This document shows, piece after piece, positions 45,131 to 56,589 of a stretch of 64,000 nt of DNA. The notes beneath the pieces were generated by a model. The model worked only from the letters and a program-made list of their open reading frames with translations, did not search any database and was not told the DNA's origin. The DNA comes from Paraspadella gotoi (lineage: Eukaryota > Animalia > Chaetognatha). Position 1 is the stretch's first letter, and each line of letters begins with the position of its first letter. The position numbers were made by a program, and so were the translations under genes. The stretch spans positions 9,354,432-9,418,431 of the forward strand of contig CM119263.1 of NCBI GenBank assembly GCA_051294375.1, given 5' to 3'.

Positions 45131-47750
45131 AGAAGCACCTCTCACGTCTCCTCCAGCTTCAAACAAATTTTTTTCCCCTTTTTTTTTGCGCTAAATTTCT
45201 CTGATTTTTTTTTTCTCTTTTTTTTTTTTTTTTTATTCAATTTCTCTGTTCGCTCAGCTCCTGACAGCACTGCCCTTCTTTCTTCGCGTCAAGTTTAAAC
45301 TTTCATTTTTTGCCTACAGCATGTGGATGGATTTTTAACCATTTGCGTTTTTTTTTCTCTAGGCTCTTCCCTTTAAAAAAAATGAACTCGGCTTATGTTT
45401 ACATCGATTTATTTTTCTTTTAAAAGATAACCGGGATTTATGGCTGACCTAATTTTTTTTTGAGGGGGAACCTCTAAAAAAAACTTTTCTCGGTCGCGAT
45501 TACAGTCCCAGATTTTTTTTTCCCCCAAATTGCCAGTTAGACTTTTTTTTTAAATTTCGATTGAGTTAAATTTCAGTTAGTTCAAATGGGCCACTAGGCA
45601 AATCGCCCGGGTGCCGCGCCGCCGCTGCCGCGCCTGCTGGGGCTGCGTCGTCGCTGGCTCCGCGCGGCTAGACTTTCTTCTCATTAGCTCCTAGTAAGAG
45701 TCAGACGCGATTCTTGCCGCCTCGATGTTTTTTTTTTTCCCTCTTTTTTTTTTTTTGATTTCGATTCGGATTTAAAACTAGACCGAAATGGAAATAGACC
45801 TAGAAAGTTTTTCGTCTAAAACATTTTTTTCTATTATCATATTAGAACAATTCATGTTTTTCCTCAAAAACCCCATTTTTAAGTTTTCTTCGAGATTTCA
45901 TGAAATAGATCAACTTTAACCTTCTTTTTACTCTCATTTTTATTTAAGGACTTTTTTTAACCTGGCACCGGATAAAAAATCTTTCATCTGGACAGAATCG
46001 GAGTGAAAATTATTCATTGTCTTGAAGAAAATGTGTAATATTTTTTGATAAACATGAAATTATGTAGATTCATTTAATAAATAGATTAATAAATAAATAT
46101 ATATTTAATTATATTGCTAATGGTTGCAGATATAACTTATTTATTAATTTGCCAAACTTTGCTTGGATTCTTGCAGCTTCTAAGCGGAGCTTTTCAATTA
46201 TTTTTTTTTTAAATATAAAATTGTTTATTAGTCTTTATCTAATAAAAGTTAATATTTTGCACAACATTTTTTATAAACCTTGTTTCCAGCTTAAAGGAGT
46301 CAAGATAACAATTTATTCCTAAAATTTAGCGAATAATGACCACGCCTAGAAACGTTGCTATCGTAATTTGGCCTGTCTTGGCAGCGCTGCAGTTGATGCA
46401 GGCATGGTATTCAGCTATCGTATTGTTTCAACAAACGTCAAATAGCGTTCGCTGTTTTTAGGCAAATAAGCTTGAAAATTCTAAAATTTACCCCTTTTTT
46501 TTACCTTTTAACTGAAAAATTGCGCTTGAATAGCGTTCCGTTAGACAATAGCAGCGCTGAATGAAAAAAACACATTAACGTTAAAATTTTCAAACTTTAA
46601 CCACTGTGAAAGGTGTAAAGTTATAGACACTGGTTGATTTAGATCGATAGTTTATTTCTACTACTATAAATATTTGTAAACTATATATATATATCAAAAT
46701 TATGAACTTTTTTATATTTTAAAAAAATTTCTACTTTATAACTACGTACCAAATTGTACTATCAACCCTTCCGTTTAGTATAATTATTGTAGTATTTATT
46801 TATTTATAGTATATTTATTTAATATTTATTCTATATTTATTATTGAAATTTGGATTTTATTTTATTTTTAAATTGAAGCCTAAAATAAAAAAAATTATGA
46901 ATTCAATTCCATTCCATTCAAAAAGGATGATAAATTTGTTTGATTCTTTGAAACCAAGTACGTAATAAAAAAATTTAACAATAATTAAGGACCTTCCTTG
47001 GCTTGGTTATAAAGTGAGGCAGCACTATTTTTTCTCAAATCCTCAATTTTTTTTCATTTCCCTTTCTGATTTCCTTTTTCTCCATTTTCTTTCAGGTTGC
47101 AAAGCTCCGGAATCGTTATGATCTCAAGAAAAGGATTACACGAAGATCGTCGAGTCCTGACTTCGTCGCGGAGTTCGCCTCTGCCTTTGCCTTCGCCGTC
47201 GCCTTCGCCTTGGCCATCACCTCTGCCTTCATCTCTTGCTTCTCCACAGGCATCCTCGCAGACATCCTCTTTGACTTCGCCGATAAAATCGGAATCGTTA
47301 TCCTTCGCAGACTCTTCTAGTTGTCCCGCTTCTGCAGAGATGAGGACTGAGGAGTCGGAGCGAACGAAAAAGCCAGGACCATTCACCCTTTCTTCATCTC
47401 ATGACGATGAAGTTGACCAAACTCAGACAACAATCACCAATACTGCATCCCAATCAACCAATCCATGCGCCAAAATAATCTTTGTCTCCTTGCAATTTTC
47501 GCTATAGATATCGCATTCTGAGTCGTCATTCAATAGCGATTTTTTTCCACTTTTTCGCCTTCCTCCCATCGTTATGTCATCACCATGTTCGCCATGTCAT
47601 GCACATCCGGAGCTCATCTCAACCTCTGTCTCGTTTTGTGATATCAATTACATCCGGGGCCTGGGGCCGGTCCATCCTTTCGTCGGGTCATCGCGCCCTC
47701 TAACGCTCCTTTTTTTTATTTCCCGCTCTTCTTTCTTTATTCGTTTCTTT

Positions 47751-47834
<84 letters not shown>

Positions 47835-49188
47835 CTCCGTTTCGCTCAAATTTTTGAGAAAAAAACCTTCGACTTCTCCAACAAATGAACAGTCGACAGT
47901 CCGTCGCTTCTTTTATTTGAAAAAGAAGCAAAAGAGCGGTTCTACTGCTTCGCGGGTCTTACTAAAAAAAATTTTACATTTTAAATTTTTTTTTTTACAT
48001 TTTTAATTATTTTTTCAATTACGTCTTTTAGTTTAAAATATAATGAATATTTGAAATAATGAGAATAAAGAATACTTGTTCTCTCATTTTAAGAAAATAA
48101 AAAAAAATTCCGAGGACCAGATTTTCTACTATTTCAAAGAAGAAAAAAACTCGGAGGAAAAAAAAAATTGGAGGCCTTGGGCTGAAAGATGTCTCGTCCC
48201 TCCCTCAATGGTATTTATAATTCTCCTGAGCCGGCGCCACGTGGCACTTAGCCGCACCGATACCCGGTCCCACGTGTTTTTTTTTTATTTAATAATTTTT
48301 TTTTCGCGGGAAAAAAATATTTAAGTCAACGATATTCTCAATGAGTATCATGCTTAATTGTGAAATGATTCATTCAGCAATTTTTGTCTAAATTTTTTCT
48401 CAAATTTTTTTTTGTTTTGGTTCAATCGGAGGCGGAACGAAAATCTTAAACTTATCTTAACAAGTAGGGAAAATGAATTTCTTAACAACATCATTTTCCT
48501 TACTTTTCAGCAGAAACCGATTTCCAAGTTGACTGTTTAAGATTTGTGTTTTTCTGAGGGATATAATTTGGCATAAAATGAGAACCGTTAGATGCATGCA
48601 TCATTGCGCAATCTTCAGATCGGTGCTTCACCAAAATATCAATAGACTATTATTTTGTTTTAAAAGAAAATTATTTTTTTGTTGAAATATTTCACTGTCG
48701 TCATCATCACGATAGTAAATATGTCACCTTACCTTTAATTTACCTCTTTCTTTATTATTCCACCTTCCTTTCAATCCATCCATCCTTTTATCTATACGTA
48801 CAACGATCATACTTTGTTTGTCTAATATTCTTCTTTCTATCCGTCCATCCATCCATCCGTCTATCCGTCTCCATTTTTCGACAATCGGACAAAGCGCCCT
48901 TTAAGGTTACGAATAAGTTGGCGTGGGCTTGGAGGGACTTCCTCTCCCTGCCCACCTCGCGGCCCCAGCTCCGATTGCCCGCCCACTCGGATTCGCTTCC
49001 GTCGGGAAAATGAGGATCGATGAAAAGATCGATGGAAAATCATCCGTCATTGGCGAAGACAACAACAACAACAACAAGAGTAACGTCGATCGGAATTCAC
49101 CAAAGTCTCATTCGTCGTTGATTTCGTCATTTGTCGTGAGGATCGACCTTGAAAACGATTCTTCATGAGTTTAATAAAAAAGGTGAGG

Positions 49189-49317
<129 letters not shown>

Positions 49318-49711
49318 TTATTGAAGAAATAGGGGCAATGCCTGGGTGGACAGAAGGATAAGTTTTCTGCCCGTCGAAGTTCTTATCGCATTATAGTACC
49401 AGCAGAATTATCCGTCTTATGAAAATAAAACTATCTATCTGTCTATCAGTCAATCTTCAAGTCCGTCTGCCAGTCAGTTTAAGATAATGCTACTTCCTGC
49501 TTTTGAGTTTTAAAAATTCAAACGCTATCGTCAGCAAACAAATGAGCAAGCTCGAAAATTAGAGGAGGGAGAAAGCAGACAGACTACCGCTGCCTCTTCT
49601 GCACCTTTTTTTTTCTCTCTGTCTCTCTCGATCTCTCTCTCTATCACCCACTCTATCTCTCCCTCTCACAACGGTCGAAAGAAATTGAGAACTCCACCTG
49701 GATTCGGGAAA

Positions 49712-49777
<66 letters not shown>

Positions 49778-50021
49778 AATAGTACTCACTTTAGAGGAGC
49801 GTTGATAAAGAGTTTTCCCCTTCCCACAGAATATATATTAAAGAAGCCTCTAAATAGAAAGTAGGAGCGTCGTTGGAAGAGCAAAATATAAAAAGAAGAA
49901 AGGAATTATTTCTCCCACGTTCGATTTATTATATTTATGACAAAATTAGTCATACAAAAATCCCGCCTTTTAACTGACTAATTCTCCCCCCCCTTATCAC
50001 TTCGCTTGTGAGCACATGATT

Positions 50022-50097
<76 letters not shown>

Positions 50098-52117
50098 CTC
50101 TCTCTCTCTCTCTCACCGCAAAATTCTTTAACGATCGACGCTCAGGGGTTAAGTTGACCCCGATGGACGCTTCATCCTTTCTTCCTTCCATCCCTCGATT
50201 TTCAAATTCGGCTTCTTCCTCTTCCTCTTCCTTCCTTCAAAAAAGAAAACTAAAAAAAAAAGAAAGAAAACTTTTTCTTTTATTTTAATCCTTTGTTTTT
50301 GTTTGTTTGCTTTATTTTTTAATCAATATTTTTTGGAGGTGGGTTGGTTCTTTTGTTTCTATTACATTTTAAATTGAGATTTTTGGGCTTTCAAAGTTTA
50401 CTTTTAAAAGTTTTAAATGACAATTATATTTTTTGCTTGTGTTTGCCTCTAACCAATATTACTTTCAAACCTCATCTCTAAATACTTCTATTCTATTTGT
50501 TTTCTTTCTACCTTTTTTTTTTCTTTCTTTCTTTTTATCTTTCTTTTTCTTCCTGATTCTTTTCATTCCATTTTTCCAATTTTTTCATTTTCTTTTCTGT
50601 TTGTGATTCATCGATTTGTGTTATACTTCATTCTTTGTTTTAATCATTAAGCGTGACGTGACATGCCGCGCGGCTTTCTCGCAGAAAGCTTTCCAAAGGT
50701 GATTATTGGTGACAGCTTGCAAAAGTGCAGCTTGGTAAAAGCCTGAAAGGGGATTTCGACATTTAGGCTTTCTTGAGAGATGTGTCGGTGGCAACTATCT
50801 GAAAAATTTATTTGACATTATTTTTAACATTTAAAAAACGTTTAAATATTTAGTTGAAATAAACAATGGATAAGAATTTATAGACCTTAAAATCTCTGAA
50901 AAATAAAATTGTATAATATACTTTAATATATTTATATATATTTATATATATATTTATATATAATATATTTTATACTATAAAATATTTTTTTTAATTTTGA
51001 ATTACTTTAGAGGTAGCGATTAAATGTTAGATATTACAAGTTTTACTGGAAGCAACCTTCTAAGAACTGGAAAATTTAAACGGGTGGAATATATTGCCAA
51101 GAAAAAATTGAGAGAGAGAGAGAGATATATATATATATATATATGATCTTGTGGCTGGATAATAAAACCAGTCGGAGAGCGCCGCTCAGTAACTTGCTGT
51201 AAATAAGCAATGATAACAATTAAAACATAATTAGCTCCCATTAAGAATTTTTCTCGCCGCAATTTTGAAGTCCGTAAAAGTCGCTTTTTCTTTCGGACTG
51301 AGAGGAATTAATAAACCTGTCGTTGATGATCGTCGCTCATTAAGAAATGATCGGCCTATCGGACTTTCCGTTGGTCGGTCTGTTCGTCAGACGATAGTTA
51401 AAACATGGACAGATTAATCAATAATCATGCAATAGAAAATATCAAATGAGGTTTGAAAAATGATATGAAAGAATAAATTTTAAGAAAAGGTTAAAAAGGA
51501 CGTCGAATCTTTTTAACTGTTTTTGGTTGGTTTTTTTTTTAAAGTTCGATCATGTTCGAATCAAAAAGTCATTGATTCTCAAGTTTGACGCCATTGTCCT
51601 TAAGGACGATGGCGACGACAAAAAAGCGGCTTTGCGGTTAGGGCATTCGGTTCGATGCCCACAGGTTGTACTTCAGTCTGACCTCCCGTGAGAATGGTTT
51701 CAATTAAAGAATGAAAGGTTGAGTTTCTAAGCGCCATTCTCGGACCGTCAAATATTTGTCGTTTTAATTCCTTGTTTGGCGGAGAGAAGACTTGAATTTC
51801 CCTTTTGTTGTGTTAGGCTTTTATTTTCTGAGATATAAAAGGAAATTAAAAAAGCTTCAAACGATATTTTAGAATTCATTGATTTGAAATGTCAATGTCG
51901 GTTTACGAGGATCTCCATTTTACTCATAAACAATGAAAATACTAATATAACTAGCACGTGCATAGCTCACTCTCTTTCTTTCTTTCTCTGTCTCTCTCTC
52001 TCTCTTTTTATATTCACCGGGGCTTTTTCCTGGGTTGTTGCGTTGTCTGCCCTTGCCGCTTTTAACGAATGTGTCGGCAGCAGCTTCCGCTCACTCTTTC
52101 TCTTTCTTTCTATCTCT

Positions 52118-52222
<105 letters not shown>

Positions 52223-53140
52223 TTCTAGTTTTTTTTCCTCTCTTTTCCCCCCGCTGCCGAGGCTGCCGGCCCCGCAGCTCCGCATTCCTGAGCTGCGCTG
52301 CGCCGGCCCAGCGTATGATAAACGCGAGGCACCGGTACTTTTTTCAGGCTCCTTCCCGCCGTCGCCGCTGCTCCTGTCTTTGCTGCTGCGGCAGCGACTA
52401 GGCGGCGTTGGTGAATGGCCGGCCAATGGCGAGACGTCGGCGGTAAGACAAGCGCCTCCGTCGAAGCCGCCGACACCGAGTACAGTAACTATATATATTT
52501 CTGATTAATACACGAATGAGTTGATTGATATTCGGAATTTTCTTGGAAATAAGGATTTTGACAAGGAATTAAAATATCGAACTGTAGGAGTGTGGCAGTT
52601 TATAAATGTAGATTCCATATGGAACGATCTTGGGCCTCTGTTTCTTCAACTAGTTTTTTTTTAAAATTCATAATTACTTGCTTTACTATATTAAACTATA
52701 TAAAAAGAATCTTATAAAGTTTAATATATTTTAAATAAATGTTAAATATTTTACTTAAAATGTTTTTATTATAATTGGGCGAGGGAGGAAAAATATACTT
52801 TCGTCCCTCGGTTTCTCAATAGAAATTTAACATCGTTTTGGTTCGGAAGTCATTTATTGAAAAATAAAAATACCTAGAATATATATACCAATTTAGATAT
52901 ACCTATATATATACCTGTAAGGGCGGACATAAAGGGGTGGAGCGTAAAATTAGTTTAGAAATTTAGGTTTTGTTAGGTTTGTCACTGTCGTAGGATAACA
53001 GCACGAATAACAAAACGGAAATTAATAATAACAAAAATATTCAAAACAATATTTATAAATCTCAAATTTATTATTATTAATAAAAAATGTATGTAAACAG
53101 TGTACGTAACCCACTCGAAATAATCTTGCTCTTTTTAAAG

Positions 53141-53333
53141 GTTCGAACAAAGGGAAGCGTCAACCGATCTCATCACAAGCGGACGAAGAAGAGGCCACGC
53201 CTTCATCGTCATCACGTGACGCGGATCTCGAGTGACGAGCGGCGATCGAGGATGTGAAGTGATTCGATCGACCGAATCACAGACCAACTTCGTCTTCAGG
53301 CGAGAATCATTCACGTGGAAGGTCCTGCGTCAG
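53141..53333 (+). other. candidate exon of the miRNA host transcript
   Basis: GC-richer block bounded by a CTTTTTAAAG|G acceptor and a strong CAG|GTAAGG donor, 1.3 kb upstream of mir-100. No recognisable protein. Confidence 0.35.
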
Positions 53334-53406
53334 GTAAGGCGGGAAACTGGTGACGGTGGACGGGATCAGCATGTGCATGATTTTTCTTTCTCTCTCTCTC
53401 ACCTTC

Positions 53407-53490
<84 letters not shown>

Positions 53491-54668
53491 CCCCCTGTCT
53501 TGTGACTTTTACATATAGGTTTATTTAATAATTGGCTGAAAGAAATTGTTAAATCATAATTTAGGAAAGTAGAAGAAAGGGGAATGAGTCCTGGCGTGTC
53601 CCGCTTTAGGCTCAGTTGTTTCCTATAACTCCGCTATCCCACGTTAATTTTTTATTTTCTGTATCTTCAAACTGTTTGCACGGTGCTGACCTTCCCTAAC
53701 GCCTTGTAAAGTTAAACTGTTATGATTTAAAACTATGTTTACTAAGTACTTACTAAATAATTTATATCGCTTATTTTCTTCTGTCGAAAATGTTAATCAG
53801 TAAGTAATATATGCCAACATATTTTCGCAATATGTATCTAACTCGGAGGTCAGAACAGTGCTTACGTTGAAGTAATCAATTGGGACATTCTTCTTCTTGA
53901 ATACAAAATACTTTAATACAAAATTGTAAGACGAAAATAAAATGCGCCGAATTCTCAGCAAGAAGAACGATCCATCGTGGAAAATCCCTGTGTAAAACAA
54001 TTACTTTTAGTTTACAATAACTAAACTTAAACTATATAAAAATTTGAATTATATCACGAAACGATTTTCCTGTTTAATTAATCAGATATACCACGATTCA
54101 GGATTTCACAGATCCAAATACTACTTTAACACATTCTTATATTATGCAAGACAGTGGTCGTAATTCTAAGCAAATATTTCTATTTATAGTATTGTTCTGT
54201 GAAAACTAAATTGTTTCATATTTTTGACTATTTGTTTTTGCTATTTTCATAGGGAAGCTCGGGATGGGCTTTTAAACCAAAAGACAATTTTTTTAAATTA
54301 ACCCTAAAAAGCATGAGATAATAGTAGTTTTACACAGTGTTTCCCGTTTTCTAACATTTAATTTTCGCGAATTTAAGCGCTTGAAAACGTATTTATTTCT
54401 TTATTTATAATTTAAATATGTAAAACTCATATAAACGTGTTTACGTGATCGTCCCCTCGTGCCAACCTTCTCATCCAATCACGCATTGTTTTCTCTCACC
54501 ATCTGACATCATTTGACATCATTTGACATCATTCCGACATCTGTGTCGACGTCATTGTCGTCAATATTACTCGCCCTCCCCCCATTTTTTATCGTTCGCT
54601 CCTCGTCGATTTTTTTGTAACCTCTCTCTCTCTCTATCTCACCACGACCCATAGCGCCGCCCGGACTT

Positions 54669-54768
54669 AACCCGTAGATCCGAACTTGTGTGCCCCAAAT
54701 CTGTGCGCGTCGCGTGCGACTGAGCACGCGCAGCGAACTGACATCACAAGTTTGCATCGACGGGATAA
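54669..54768 (+). ncRNA. mir-100: pre-miR-100 (extra-long precursor); mature 5p 54669-54690, star ~54747-54768
   Basis: AACCCGTAGATCCGAACTTGTG is the canonical miR-100-5p. It pairs in register with 54745-54766 (CACAAGTTTGCATCGACGGGAT; 19/22 pairs including one G:U). UGUG lies at the 5p/loop junction and CNNC (CATC, 54785-54788) lies 17 nt after the inferred 3p end. Confidence 0.96.
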
Positions 54769-55141
54769 AGCCGTTCGGTTTTTTCATCCGTTTTGTCCTC
54801 CTTGTTTAATGTTTACGAATTCCCGATGTTTATTAAGTTTTTTTTTTCATCTTTTAACCGTGGCGTTTTCCAGATTTCTTTCGTTATTTTATTTCTATCT
54901 TAAATTTAACTTTTTCTCCTCTGACCTATTTGCTTTTCGTTATTTATCTCTTTCAAAATTAGTTTTTTTTTTTTAAATTGTACACTTTAATGTCTCAATA
55001 TCTTCGATTCGAGTTATAATAGTAATTATTAATGATAGCAACGGCGCACTCGGACATAAAAAACGGGTTTTCTATAAAATCAAAATGAAAAGAAAGTGCA
55101 ATTAATTTCATGGAAGAAAAATGTTGAGGGCAGTCATGAAT

Positions 55142-55221
<80 letters not shown>

Positions 55222-56521
55222 TTATCTTTAAAAAAAAAAAAAGAAGACTAAGTAGAAGTACGTCATAATAACGAATTTATCGGAGCGACTGAATTTCTGG
55301 CTTCGTCTACAGACCGAAGCGGCAGACACGCTCTCGTCAAGGTCGCCGAGTGTATCGGCTCGCTACAACAACAACAACCGAGACAACAAGCCGTTAGTTG
55401 AATTAAAAAACAGACGGTCCACTTGGATATTTTTTTTCAATCCTTTTTTTTGTCGAAGATTCTGTAATGAATGGAAGCTTTTTTTTGTGTTGAAAAAGTG
55501 TGACCCGAAACGAAAAATCTAAAAAGAAAAAACCCAAGTAAAATTTGTTTTAAGGAAATATTACAAAAAGCGAAAGAACATGAACTTGGACACGTTATAT
55601 ATTTTTTGTGAGTCTAAATGCAAATGTTTCGTCGCCATATTCGTTTTGCGGAACTTAAATCAAATTTAAAAAGGTGACTCGGTGATTAAGACAACCATGG
55701 GTACTTAATCCTATTGGCCCAGATTAAATATTCTGCCATAATCAAATAATCTTTTTTAACTTGAATCGATATTTTAATTTAAATAAAAATGATTAAATTT
55801 TTTTTTTCTATTTCTTCTCTCTTCCTTCTTTACACTATACTCTCTCGTTTTCAAAACCCATCGTTGACGGTCTTTGTTTCTCTGTTCATTGTTTCAACGG
55901 AATGACATTTTACCAAACTATCGCATGTTTCTCATTACATATTTTTAAGCTCATCTTAATTGCACCCGTTTAATTTCACAATTAGTCCTCGCACATTTCG
56001 TCCCCTTATCATTTCGTTCTCATCACATGTATCGGTTTTTAATCATTCATGTCTGTGTATCGTTTCTAATCTTTTGTGTCACGTGTATTATTTCTAATCA
56101 CTTTTAATCATTTCTAATCATTCTTGAAGTCAAAGTGATTTGAGCAGCATTAATAGTGCAAGAGATTTAATGAGTAAGGACTTGGGATTTAGGAGAAAGA
56201 AAGGAAAATCCTCAATTTTATTTCATGTATAGGTTTATTCAAATCTGATGGTTGAGAGAGGGGCTTAAGCTTCATTAGTACACAGCCAGGAAAATGGGGG
56301 GGGGGGAAATAGCTTAATCAGGATCGAAGTAGGTCAAGTGAGAATAAAAGAACGATGAAGAAATTATTTAACGCAATCTTTCCCCTTTTTTTGCAGTTCA
56401 ACTCTGTCTTTTTTGTATCTCACGCTTTTTCCTTTTTCTCCCGTCGTTCGGATTATAAACAAACAAAAAAGATAAAATTGTATCAAAAAGGCCTTTACAA
56501 ACGAATGCTTGCGATCCGGAC

Positions 56522-56589
56522 TGAGGTAGTAGGTTGTATAGTTAAGAGCTACATCACTACAGGAGAACTATGCAACCCGCTAACTTTCC
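56522..56589 (+). ncRNA. let-7: pre-let-7; mature 5p 56522-56543, star ~56568-56589
   Basis: TGAGGTAGTAGGTTGTATAGTT is the canonical let-7-5p. The star arm CTATGCAACCCGCTAACTTTCC is typical of let-7-3p. The loop carries GGAG (56562-56565) and CNNC (CGCC, 56606-56609) is at +17. Confidence 0.98.

Noticed and set aside
43620-46620. Weak inverted similarity around CAGCGCTG motifs (~43800 vs ~46385) as transposon TIRs
   Set aside because: Matches are too short and patchy to define termini.
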